DNA from: Fibrobacterota bacterium | Lineage (GTDB): Bacteria; Fibrobacterota; Fibrobacteria; UBA11236 | Length of the DNA: 64,000 nt | Reading direction: 5' to 3' | Assembly (NCBI GenBank): GCA_043753995.1 | Contig: JAYUVP010000098.1 | Coordinates: forward strand, 24,841-88,840 | Shown here: positions 10,247 through 19,473 of the stretch, in pieces | Position numbering within the stretch: the stretch's first letter is position 1 | Layout of the letters: each line of letters opens with the position of its first letter | The notes under the pieces: generated by a model | The model's database searches: none | Seen by the model: only the letters and a program-made list of their open reading frames with translations | What the model was told of the DNA's origin: nothing | Position numbers and translations under genes: made by a program

Positions 10247-11094
10247 AAATCGTTACGGAAATGACACAGCTCGACTCGGGCCGCATTCACAGCCTAAGTA
10301 TGGGACAAGGTCGACCCTTGCTTTTCATCCATGGCACGCCCACTTCCCATGCCGATTGGCGGGGGGTGATGTCGAGGCTCGCCGCAAGCCGAAAGTGTAT
10401 TGCCCCCGATCATTTGGGCTTCGGCCGGTCGGAAAGGCCGGCCCAGGCGGATTATTCACCGGCTGCGCATGCGAGCCGCTTAGCCCAATGGGTGGAAAAG
10501 CAAGGCCTGCAGGACTTCGACCTCGTTGTCCATGATTTTGGTGGACCCATTGCCCTGCCCCTACTGCGTCAAACCAACCTTCGCATCGGCAAGGTTGTTT
10601 TGATCAATACCTGGATGTGGCCACTTATTGAGCACACCGAATTGCGAAGCGCCATTCGCTTGGCTGCGGGTCCGGTGGGGAAATGGCTTTATCGCCACCT
10701 CAATTTTTCTCCGCGCTTTCTCATGCCCATGGCCTATGGGGATCGCAAGAAGCTCGATCGAGGCATGCACCTCGAAGCTATGAATGCCTTTCAGTCCAAG
10801 GAGGATCGAGAACGGGTACTTTGGGCTTTGGCGAAATCGCTGCTTGACGAGACGGGGTTTAATCAGGAACTTTGGAACTTGCGTGAAGCCTTAAGTCAGC
10901 GCCCGGTTTTGCTGGCCTGGGGTGTCAAGGATAGGGCTCTTAATTCGGTGGTTTTAAATAGGTGGCGAGAATTAAGCCAAGGGAATGGGGGACAAGGCTT
11001 TAAGATTCGCACCTATGCCGATGCCGGTCACTGGCCTCAGATCGAAGCGGAGGTCCATGTGGCAGAAGATATTTCGGCCTTTCTGAAAGATTGA
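10243..11094 (+). CDS. Alpha/beta hydrolase (haloalkane dehalogenase-like, Asp nucleophile)
   Basis: FIHGTPTS, APDHLGFGRS, VHDFGGP and AGHWPQ motifs. ATG overlaps the TetR stop and has a GGAGG SD. Confidence 0.88.
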   Translation: MKIVTEMTQLDSGRIHSLSMGQGRPLLFIHGTPTSHADWRGVMSRLAASRKCIAPDHLGFGRSERPAQADYSPAAHASRLAQWVEKQGLQDFDLVVHDFGGPIALPLLRQTNLRIGKVVLINTWMWPLIEHTELRSAIRLAAGPVGKWLYRHLNFSPRFLMPMAYGDRKKLDRGMHLEAMNAFQSKEDRERVLWALAKSLLDETGFNQELWNLREALSQRPVLLAWGVKDRALNSVVLNRWRELSQGNGGQGFKIRTYADAGHWPQIEAEVHVAEDISAFLKD

Positions 11095-11125
11095 TTTTTC
11101 CTCCTCAGGTAAGCAGAATGAAAGC

Positions 11126-12154
11126 ATGAAAAAGCCCCCGCCCTTCGATCCCCAAACCCTGGCACTGACCGAATCCCTGTTAGATTCGGCTGGGGTCCAG
11201 GGGGATGCCTTTCAGCGTCAATGGATTGGAGAGATGATTCATTCCGTCCTGCAACTCGGCCTCGATGGGCCCGATTCGGGGGAAGTGAAGCTCATGGCCA
11301 GGAGCTTCCGAGAATTGCGACATGCTTTAAATGTCTTCCGGCCTTACAAGGGCCGTAAGAAAGTGTCCATATTCGGATCGGCGCGCACACCACCGGATCA
11401 TCCCGATTATCTCTGCGCGCGCGATTTCGCTGCGTCCATGGGAAGGCGGGGTTGGATGTCCATCACGGGGGCTGGCCCAGGCATCATGCAGGCGGGCAAT
11501 GAGGGGGCGGGGCCGGGGAATTCCTTCGGGCTGTCCATTCGGCTGCCTTGGGAGACCAATGGCAATCCCTTCATCGCCAAAGATTCCAAGTTCATGGTCT
11601 TCCGGTATTTCTTCACGCGGAAGCTTCTCTTCGCCTTGGGTGCCGATGCCATGGCAGTTTTCCCCGGGGGATTTGGCACGCTCGATGAATGCTTCGAGCT
11701 GCTGACCTTGATTCAAACCGGCAAATCCCCGCTCCTCCCAATCGTCTTGATTAGCCCGGAGGGAAATGATTATTGGAAGTCTTTCCGAACCTATATGGAA
11801 GACCACTTTGTCCGTAATGGCTGGATCAACCAGGAAGATTTGTTTTTGTTCCAGATCTTCTCTGACGTGGAAGCCGCATCCGATTATGTGGAACGATTCT
11901 ACCGGAATTACCACTCGTCCCGATTCGTTGGCGATCAATTCGTGATCCGCATGCAGAAAACCCTAAAACCGGAAGAACTTGAGTCCTTGAACGAGGCTCA
12001 TGCGGGGCTATGCGTCAAGGGCTATATCGACCAGGGAGTGGCCTTGAAAGGGGAAGAGGATTTCCTGGATTTGCCCCGCCTGGTTTTCCAATTCAACCGG
12101 AAGCATTATGGTGGGCTTCGGCTCATGATTGACCGGCTGAATCAGTTTGGCTGA
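11126..12154 (+). CDS. LOG family (TIGR00730) nucleotide phosphoribohydrolase-like protein
   Basis: VSIFGSART, ITGAGPGIMQAGNEGA, YFFTRK and FPGGFGTLDE motifs. Confidence 0.9.
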   Translation: MKKPPPFDPQTLALTESLLDSAGVQGDAFQRQWIGEMIHSVLQLGLDGPDSGEVKLMARSFRELRHALNVFRPYKGRKKVSIFGSARTPPDHPDYLCARDFAASMGRRGWMSITGAGPGIMQAGNEGAGPGNSFGLSIRLPWETNGNPFIAKDSKFMVFRYFFTRKLLFALGADAMAVFPGGFGTLDECFELLTLIQTGKSPLLPIVLISPEGNDYWKSFRTYMEDHFVRNGWINQEDLFLFQIFSDVEAASDYVERFYRNYHSSRFVGDQFVIRMQKTLKPEELESLNEAHAGLCVKGYIDQGVALKGEEDFLDLPRLVFQFNRKHYGGLRLMIDRLNQFG

Positions 12155-12185
12155 GAGGGTTTTGAAAGAGGCTGCGCTTGAATCT

Positions 12186-12995
12186 TTAATAGCCTAACTT
12201 TTTAAGGCGCGCTTTCACTTCGCGCGCGTTCCGATAGGGTGGCGCATGGATTTTTCTGAAGGGACTGGCCCAAAGTTCGGCATGCTCCTTTTCCGAAGCC
12301 TCATTGCACCCCACGGTATAGCCGAACCTTTGATTTAGCTTAGATAAAGGTTTCAGTGAATCGCCTTTTGCAGCGGTAAGATCGTCAAAAAAGTAGGTAT
12401 GGTAATAGGTGTCACACCCATTATTACCTCCATGGCTATTGATGGCTGTTCTGATCAAGATTCCTATTTCTTGTTTGGGGTCGCGGTCAGCGTTGGCAAA
12501 AACCACGGCTTGAATTTCGCCTTTCCCACCTGAGTCTCCAAAGGCTTCCATGGCAAAACGTCGGCACGCATTCGACCTTTGGTGGGTCGGAACGAAAACG
12601 TATCCATTGGTACGGCTCGAAATCTCTGGTTCTGGTGACAAGGAATACTTGATCCAAACCTTGGTGATCTTTTCATTGAAAAAACCGACAACAATAGGCG
12701 TGGAATTCCAAACAGTATCCATAGCCAGCATATACTCTGGCTTCCCATACCAAGTTGTATCGGGATCGGTTGGCTTGCTTTTCAAATGCAAAGGGTGGAT
12801 GACGGGGTCGATTGCATAGACGAAATCCGTATCCCTAATTCCATTGGCAGACGAGGGCTTGGCTTCGATAATACCGAGAAAAAAAGCCAAGATCATGGCT
12901 GTGACGTTGATGAGGTAGCCGTCTTTATAGCAAAGTCTTCCACGATCGGCCTTTTCATAAGCTATCCGATGAGAGAGAGGCCGGCTGGAGGGCAA
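12186..12995 (-). CDS. Hypothetical secreted protein (start uncertain)
   Basis: 269-aa ORF with a signal-like segment MILAFFLGIIEAKPSSA and a FANADRDPKQEI calcium-blade-like motif. Confidence 0.55.
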   Translation of the reverse strand: MPSSRPLSHRIAYEKADRGRLCYKDGYLINVTAMILAFFLGIIEAKPSSANGIRDTDFVYAIDPVIHPLHLKSKPTDPDTTWYGKPEYMLAMDTVWNSTPIVVGFFNEKITKVWIKYSLSPEPEISSRTNGYVFVPTHQRSNACRRFAMEAFGDSGGKGEIQAVVFANADRDPKQEIGILIRTAINSHGGNNGCDTYYHTYFFDDLTAAKGDSLKPLSKLNQRFGYTVGCNEASEKEHAELWASPFRKIHAPPYRNAREVKARLKKLGY

Positions 12996-13077
12996 ATACT
13001 TATTCGATATGCGGATGGATTATCGTCCTTTCGATGGCTGTTCTCCTGGCGAGTGGGTTGCCATGTTTATCTTCAGC

Positions 13078-14004
13078 CTATCCTGGTGCGTTTCCAGCCG
13101 GGTCCAAAGCTAATGCATTCCTAGGCACCGCCGCCGCAAAATGGGCCAATAGCCCGACTCCGAGCCCGCCTAAAACATCCACGGCATAGTGATACCCGCA
13201 ATATACAGTCGAAGCGATGAGCAGAATTCCCAAGGGCCAGAGCACTACTCTTTCCGGTTTGTGATGCCATGAAGCCAGCAAGGTGACCGTGGTCAAAGCC
13301 ACGTGGGCGCTGGGGAAATAGCCACCCGGAATTTCCCACTGGTATAACCAATGCATGATAGATGTGAAGGCATAACCCGGCATTTCGGTGGGGTGTTGTA
13401 AGGCACTGGCAGGCGTAAAATTTGCAAAGGAATGCGGGCCCAAGGCGGGAAGGAAGAGAAAAAGAAAATTGCAGATGTAAAAGGCGATGCCTATGGCAGC
13501 CATGAATCGATGAAATTCGGCGACGCGCTTTTTGCGGTAGTAAAGGACGAGAGCCAATCCAGCGAACTGGACGTAATAGGTGAAATACGCGAAGTGAAAA
13601 ATTTCGGAAACCCAGGCCTGTGGCCAAACTTGCGACCACAGCAAGGCAGGTTGAAATCCGAAAAGCATTTGATCGGCATTGCGAAGAATCATATCCCATT
13701 CGAAGGCAACCCAAAACCGGTTCAGGGTTCCTACCTGTTCGTAAATGGGTAAGAAAAAGAAAAACGGATAAAACAATCGGACAAAGCGTGAAATGGATTG
13801 CCCTCTACGCGAATGCTCGTCGTCACCCGAGGGAGATGCGAATCTGCAAATGACATAGGCGCAGCCAATGGCAAAGGCATTGAAAGCAAAAGGCGCAAGC
13901 GGTGCATCCATCGCCCAGGCCCGTACTCCGACGACTAGCAAGACCGCGAAGTGGTAACCGAAGAATAAGAGGTCGGCGGGAAAAACTCTGAACCCGGCTT
14001 TCAA
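13078..14004 (-). CDS. PAP2 superfamily membrane enzyme, Aur1/IPC-synthase-like (PAP2_3) type
   Basis: About 8 TM helices, D..LFGFQP, SEIFHFAYFTYY, FLFLPALGP, FPSAHV and STVYCGYHYAVDVLGG. TTG start is 3 nt after the upstream stop. Confidence 0.85.
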   Translation of the reverse strand: MKAGFRVFPADLLFFGYHFAVLLVVGVRAWAMDAPLAPFAFNAFAIGCAYVICRFASPSGDDEHSRRGQSISRFVRLFYPFFFFLPIYEQVGTLNRFWVAFEWDMILRNADQMLFGFQPALLWSQVWPQAWVSEIFHFAYFTYYVQFAGLALVLYYRKKRVAEFHRFMAAIGIAFYICNFLFLFLPALGPHSFANFTPASALQHPTEMPGYAFTSIMHWLYQWEIPGGYFPSAHVALTTVTLLASWHHKPERVVLWPLGILLIASTVYCGYHYAVDVLGGLGVGLLAHFAAAVPRNALALDPAGNAPG

Positions 14005-14007
14005 TTT

Positions 14008-15678
14008 TTACCCGCTCAGTCTCGACACGGAAAATGGCTCGGCATAGACTGGAGCGTCGGACAAAATGTTCAAGTTTGCTTGGGACTGAATTTCGAATTC
14101 GATTTGGAACCAAAGAGCTTGCAATGCTTCGAAGCGTACCTCGCCCATCATACAGATTTGCAACCAGTTGCGCTTGACGAGATAGTCTCCGGCATAATTG
14201 CAGAGCAAGCCGCATTTTTCCAAGCGGCGTCCCAAGCCGAGGGAGGAAATTGATTCGGGGAATTGCAAGGTGAATATTCCAGGTGCGCGGTTTTCGGTGG
14301 CTGCGATCAAAAGGATAGGCGATTCGACCATGCGTTCCATCAGCCACGCGCCCATTTCTTTGCGCCGGGAAAATAGTCTTGCTTTCGTGGTTTGCAATGC
14401 CGCCACAAGGGCTTCCAGAAACACAGAGGAGCCGCTGAAGGGAATGCCATCACAGTCGGCATAGTAACGCAATTCGAAATAGCGCGGCTTTGGCGCGGCG
14501 GACTTCATTAAGGCTTCGGGACGGTAAAAGACCATGGCCATGCCGGTCAAGGCGCCAATAGCCTTGCCGCTGACCGAGGAAGCCATGCGCGCGCGGCTAA
14601 AGTCGCAGGGGATGGCGCCAAGGGAACTGATAGCGTCCCAATGCGTATGCACGCCATGCCTATCGCAAAGCGATTGAATAGCCTCCAGCGGTTGCACTTG
14701 GCCCGTCGACGTTTCGCAGTGCACGGACCAAAGCCAGCGGATATTCGTATGCGTGCGCAGGGCCTTTTCCAAGGCGTCGAGCGAGGTGGCGTGCCCCCAG
14801 GGCGAACGCAGAATATGAGCATTCAGGTGATGAGCCTCGGCATGCTTGACTAGGCGTTCGCCGAATTCCCCATTACAGAGAATAATGCCTTCACCTCCGA
14901 GTTCGGCGATATGGGCGGCCACCACATCATTGGCCAGAGTCCCCGTGCCCAAGAAAATTTCAACTGCCTGGCCTTGGGTCATGGCCAGAAGCAGGCGCTT
15001 CGCTTTCTGCAATTGAGCAACATAACGTTCGGATCGATGGGAGTATGGGGGCACTTGCAAGGCTTGTCGAACAGGCTCTTGAACTTCAACGGGGCCAGGC
15101 AGGAAGTAATGCTGTGGCACTAATATGTCTGGAGCTTGTCGCAAGGTGTCGGGCAGGAGAGCTAAATGCCGATTGAGCGAATCGAGTGTCAAGGACATGG
15201 GTTGATACATGGCTCCAGGTATGCCGACTTGCGGGCCGAAAGCGAGAAAGCCCAACTTTTCATAAAGGGGAATATTTTCCAAACGGCCCGAGATGAGGCC
15301 TCGGTTGAAACCTTGAACGGTGCTATAAGCAAGGATTTCGTGCATGAGCAAGGCAAAGACGCGCCCATGCCGGCGACTGGGCTCTATCGCGAGGAGCCTG
15401 ATTTCACACAGCGAATCTCCTGGTTTCAAAAACACATCAAGGTTGTCGAGCTTGGAGTCCAGAGAAAAGGGCCGCTGATTGCGCAAGGCCACCATGCCTG
15501 CAATTTCGTCTCCGTCTTTGCAAATGAAATAGAGGTTTTCCCGGTGGAATTTATCGACAAGGCGCCGATCGGTATTGCGGGCATGCTGAGGAATTTCTTC
15601 GACAAAGGTGGCATAATTCAGTCGCGCGATGCGATCGAATTCATCCGCTTGATCGGCAATTTTCACAATCAGACTCAT
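14008..15678 (-). CDS. Fusion of GNAT N-acyltransferase (N-acyl amino acid synthase-like) and class V PLP aminotransferase; N-acyl-serinol synthase-like
   Basis: N-terminal ~170 aa carry LNYATFVEE..RPFSLD..LCEIRLLAI..LYEKLGF. The C-terminus carries FLPGPV, SHRS, GTGT, NGEFGER, VHCETSTG, DAISS and SGKA (PLP Lys). Confidence 0.85.
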   Translation of the reverse strand: MSLIVKIADQADEFDRIARLNYATFVEEIPQHARNTDRRLVDKFHRENLYFICKDGDEIAGMVALRNQRPFSLDSKLDNLDVFLKPGDSLCEIRLLAIEPSRRHGRVFALLMHEILAYSTVQGFNRGLISGRLENIPLYEKLGFLAFGPQVGIPGAMYQPMSLTLDSLNRHLALLPDTLRQAPDILVPQHYFLPGPVEVQEPVRQALQVPPYSHRSERYVAQLQKAKRLLLAMTQGQAVEIFLGTGTLANDVVAAHIAELGGEGIILCNGEFGERLVKHAEAHHLNAHILRSPWGHATSLDALEKALRTHTNIRWLWSVHCETSTGQVQPLEAIQSLCDRHGVHTHWDAISSLGAIPCDFSRARMASSVSGKAIGALTGMAMVFYRPEALMKSAAPKPRYFELRYYADCDGIPFSGSSVFLEALVAALQTTKARLFSRRKEMGAWLMERMVESPILLIAATENRAPGIFTLQFPESISSLGLGRRLEKCGLLCNYAGDYLVKRNWLQICMMGEVRFEALQALWFQIEFEIQSQANLNILSDAPVYAEPFSVSRLSG

Positions 15679-16208
15679 AGGCGTGACTCCGGGTCCGAGA
15701 CGTTTTTTTCAGAGGGATTGGATTGCCAAGTCAGTCGGTTCTTCGCCAAATGCGATCGGTGAGCGAAAAGGACGAGGGCCAGGGTGGCGAGGCACGCGCC
15801 GATGACCGAAAGTGCATGGCCGCTGAAATGAATCCGCGGACTATAGATGGCCAAGGCAAGGGCTCCGCCCGCGGCAACCGACACACCTTTGCCACCGCGA
15901 AAACCCATTTGAACCGGGTAAATATGCCCGATGACAAGGCATGGCAAAGACCAAAAGACATGGGCCGAATGCGGAACTAAGGCCAAACCAAAAGCGATAC
16001 CCGCCCAAGCCTTAAGGAAGTCGCCAGCAAAGGTGACAGTAAAGCCGGATGGCCCTAAGAGTCGCCCGACATTGCGCGCGCCTGTCGATCCGCTACCGAA
16101 TTCACGTATGTCTTGGCGACGCGTGAGGCGCACCCAGTAATAGCCCGTATTGAAGCAGCCTAAGGCATAGGCGGCAAGCCAGGCGAGGGCATGCAGGGTT
16201 TCGCTCAT
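15675..16208 (-). CDS. plsY: PlsY-family acyltransferase paralog
   Basis: DIREFGSGSTGARNVGR, GDFLKA, GHIYPV..GFRGGKGV and a degenerate AHRSHL third motif. ATGA overlaps at both ends. Confidence 0.85.
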   Translation of the reverse strand: MSETLHALAWLAAYALGCFNTGYYWVRLTRRQDIREFGSGSTGARNVGRLLGPSGFTVTFAGDFLKAWAGIAFGLALVPHSAHVFWSLPCLVIGHIYPVQMGFRGGKGVSVAAGGALALAIYSPRIHFSGHALSVIGACLATLALVLFAHRSHLAKNRLTWQSNPSEKNVSDPESRL

Positions 16209-16747
16209 GGGGAATGGAAGGAGTAAACTTCGCCCCACACCGGCCTCACCGGGACATGCCCCACATAACCGCGGCGGATCAAGCGCTGTTGGAGGTATTG
16301 CATGAGGAAGCCATGGGTCACGAGAAGGATGTTTTGCGAAGTATGCATTTCCTCTAATTCGTCCAGCAAGGCGTCAAGGCGCTGAAAAGTCTGCTCACGA
16401 TTTTCGGTTTGTGAAGGGTGGGGAAGACGCCAACCGAGGCGACTCAAGGCTTGCCAAGCCAATAGAGGCAAGGGTATTTCGGTTTTGAAAAGGGGTGCAA
16501 AAGGCACTTCGCGCAAGGACTCGTGGACCGCGATGTCGCCGTGGAACAATGCCTGGGCCGTCTTGTGCGCCCGCGGCAAATCACTGCTATAACAGATGTC
16601 CCAGCCTTTGAGCGGTTTTAAAACCAAGGGTATTGCGACATCAAAGCGATCATACCATTGCGACCAATCGACAAAGCCCCGGCTATTCATCCATTGGTAT
16701 TGGGGGTGCGGTATGCGGAAATGGCGCATCAAGCCTAGGGTATTCAT
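16205..16747 (-). CDS. Histidine phosphatase (phosphoglycerate mutase-like) family protein
   Basis: LMRHF, CYSSDLPRAHKTA, LREV and LLVTHGF motifs. Start placed at ATG 16747. Confidence 0.85.
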   Translation of the reverse strand: MNTLGLMRHFRIPHPQYQWMNSRGFVDWSQWYDRFDVAIPLVLKPLKGWDICYSSDLPRAHKTAQALFHGDIAVHESLREVPFAPLFKTEIPLPLLAWQALSRLGWRLPHPSQTENREQTFQRLDALLDELEEMHTSQNILLVTHGFLMQYLQQRLIRRGYVGHVPVRPVWGEVYSFHSP

Positions 16748-16822
16748 AAGATTCGGAATATAGGACGCATCCAAGTCGGTAGGTGTTCCCAAACCCTCCA
16801 CACCTTATCGGTGGCGATCGAA

Positions 16823-17139
16823 TTACTTCATTTCTCGAAGAAATTTGAGCGCTGCCCCATGTTGGCTTAGAATATCCCCGCTGATATAAACCGAAATGGC
16901 CGCCTTGCGCGGAGGGAAACCAATCCGAAGCCAGTCCACGTCCCTCCCCGAAGTCGGGCTCTTAAGTTTGACTAGGCCAAAACCAATGAGGGAGGTACCC
17001 CACATTCTCGGTTCTTCCATGCTGGCCTTCTTCATCATTTCTAAAAGCGCAAAACTATCCTAGCGCTGTTGCACGCCTTTTACGCAATGAGAAATTTCTC
17101 AACGCTGGCGCCATTCGGCTTGGTTTTGTTTTCGGCCAT
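16823..17139 (-). pseudogene. DUF1801 (YdhG-like) pseudogene
   Basis: MAENKTKPNGASVEKFL is followed by a frameshift and an in-frame TAG. It then reads MMKKAS..WGTSLIGFG..SGRDVDWLRIGFPPRKAAISVY and is truncated. Confidence 0.7.
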
Positions 17140-17310
17140 CGAATTCTCCTAAACGATCCATTTGACCAAGGTAAAAAATCATGGTGGCAGCCTTAGGGTA
17201 ATACCCCATTTCAGCGGCCCCGAAGTGAAGCGACCTTAGTTTCCGTATTCGCCCTTGTTTCGGAACCTGAATTCGCAGGTGCAATCCAGGAAGGGAAATA
17301 GGTTCCAATT

Positions 17311-19473
17311 ATGCAAACCGAAACCTTGATCGCATCCGTAGAGACAGTCAACTCCAAAAAAATTTCCGTCGGCAATCCGGATATTCTCGGTGCTCGGATT
17401 ACGGAAACAGGCGTCAATTTCGCGATTGCCTCCCGCAATGCCACCGAAGTTTTTCTTGTCTTATTCGATGAAGCCGGAGGATCCCCCACCGATACTATCC
17501 CCATGCAGGGAAGGACGAACGATGTTTGGCATATGCATATCGAAGGCCTAGTGCAGGGGCAAATGTATGCCTATCGCGTCAATGGTCCCTATGATCCAGA
17601 CAATGGTTTTCGCTTCAATCCTTACAAATTGCTGATCGATCCTTATGCCAAAGCCTTTACAGGGAAATTCAACAATCCGGACAACCTTCTGCTCGCCTAT
17701 GACAGCAATTCGGAGCAGAAGGATTTGGTGATGGATACGCGCGATAATGCTGCCGTGGTTCCGGAATGCATTGTCTGGGACGATGCCTTCGACTGGGAAG
17801 GCGTCGAAAAGCCCGGCATCCCTCAAGAGAAGCTGGTGATCTATGAAGTGCATGTCAAGGGTTTCACGGCCCACCCCTCTTCCAAGGTGAAGCACCCCGG
17901 AACTTATTTGGGATTCATCGAAAAAATCCCTTACTTGAAAGAGCTCGGCATTAACGCGGTAGAACTGCTCCCCATCCATGAATTCGTATGCGAGGATTTT
18001 CTCAAGGAAAAAGGGCTTTCGAACTATTGGGGGTATAACACTATCGGATTTTTTGCGCCTGAATCCTCCTATTCCACCCAGAAAACTTCAGGCTGTGCCA
18101 TCAATGAATTCAAGACCTTGGTCAAGGAACTGCATAAAGCGGGAATCGAAGTCATTCTCGATGTCGTCTACAATCATAGTGCCGAAGGCAATGAATGCGG
18201 ACCGACGCTCTCCTTCAAGGGGATAGACAATACGGAATATTACTCGCTATGCGGTGACGAGAACGCTCCCAAGCGCTATTACAGAAATTTTTCGGGTACC
18301 GGAAATACATTGAATGCTAGCAGTCCGATCTTTAGTCGCTTAACCTTGGATTCACTTCATTACTGGGCTGAGGTCATGCAAGTGGATGGCTTTCGCTTTG
18401 ATTTAGCGGCCTCCCTGGGGCGCGACCACAACGGTACTTTTTTGGCTGATGGGCATTTGCTTGGGCAGATTACCAATGACCCGGTGCTTAATAAACTGAA
18501 ACTAATTGCTGAGCCTTGGGACATGGAAGCCTATGAAGTCGGTAGCTTGCCTTTGGGCTGGTCGGAATGGAATGGGAAATTCCGTGACAATTTCCGCAAA
18601 TTCGCCAAAGGGGATGCTGGACAAGTGCAAAAAATCAGCACCCACATCGCCGGATCCCCGGATCTGTTCGCGCACAATGGCCGTAGTGCCAGCGACAGCA
18701 TCAACTTTCTCACCTGCCATGACGGTTTCACCTTGTACGATCTGGTTTCATTCAATGAAAAGCATAATGAGGCGAATCTCGAAAACAACAAAGATGGCGC
18801 AAATGACAATCACTCTTGGAATCATGGCGCGGAAGGAGAGACGGAGGACCAGGAGATCATGGATCTTCGCAAGCGGCAGGTGAAAAATCTTTTTTGCTAC
18901 CAGATGTTCTCAATCGGAACACCCATGATTTCCGCTGGGGACGAATTCATGCGCACACAAAACGGCAACAATAATGTTTATACACAGGACAATGCGCTTT
19001 CCTGGTTGGATTGGGATCGACGAGCCGAGAATGAAGATATGGTCTCCTTCGTGCGGAACTTGCTCGGGTTCCGGAATCGGCATGCGATACTGCAAAGGCC
19101 CCGCTTCTTTCTGGGGAATGACAAGTCAGGCGATGGCATTCCCGACATTCATTGGATAGGCCCGGACAGCGACGCTGTCGATTGGGAGAATGGGGAATTG
19201 CGATGCCTGGGATTCCAAGTGGACGGCAGAGAATCCGAAAATGTCGGCGCTGCGGAATGGGATTACCGCCTATTCATCGTATTCAATGCGGAGACAGACT
19301 CGCGCATCTTCCTGCTGCCCCCATTGGAAAACGAAAAGACCTGGCATAGGGTCATCGACACCGTCCTTGCCCCGGGCGAAGACTTCATGGAGCAAGGTCA
19401 GGAAGTCCCCATCAAGGATTCATGCTACCAGGTAAGCGGGAGAAGCTGTGTCGTTTTGAAATCTATTTCTTGA
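17311..19473 (+). CDS. glgX: Glycogen debranching enzyme (GH13 isoamylase type)
   Basis: IYEVHVKGFT, NYWGYNTIGFFAPE, ILDVVYNHSAEG, DGFRFDLA, IAEPWD and TCHDGFTL motifs. Confidence 0.95.
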   Translation: MQTETLIASVETVNSKKISVGNPDILGARITETGVNFAIASRNATEVFLVLFDEAGGSPTDTIPMQGRTNDVWHMHIEGLVQGQMYAYRVNGPYDPDNGFRFNPYKLLIDPYAKAFTGKFNNPDNLLLAYDSNSEQKDLVMDTRDNAAVVPECIVWDDAFDWEGVEKPGIPQEKLVIYEVHVKGFTAHPSSKVKHPGTYLGFIEKIPYLKELGINAVELLPIHEFVCEDFLKEKGLSNYWGYNTIGFFAPESSYSTQKTSGCAINEFKTLVKELHKAGIEVILDVVYNHSAEGNECGPTLSFKGIDNTEYYSLCGDENAPKRYYRNFSGTGNTLNASSPIFSRLTLDSLHYWAEVMQVDGFRFDLAASLGRDHNGTFLADGHLLGQITNDPVLNKLKLIAEPWDMEAYEVGSLPLGWSEWNGKFRDNFRKFAKGDAGQVQKISTHIAGSPDLFAHNGRSASDSINFLTCHDGFTLYDLVSFNEKHNEANLENNKDGANDNHSWNHGAEGETEDQEIMDLRKRQVKNLFCYQMFSIGTPMISAGDEFMRTQNGNNNVYTQDNALSWLDWDRRAENEDMVSFVRNLLGFRNRHAILQRPRFFLGNDKSGDGIPDIHWIGPDSDAVDWENGELRCLGFQVDGRESENVGAAEWDYRLFIVFNAETDSRIFLLPPLENEKTWHRVIDTVLAPGEDFMEQGQEVPIKDSCYQVSGRSCVVLKSIS

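Noticed and set aside
17099-17308. 69-aa ORF with faint cyclophilin-like-fold resemblance (MGYYPKAATMIFY)
   Set aside because: Too short and weak to support, and it overlaps a pseudogene.
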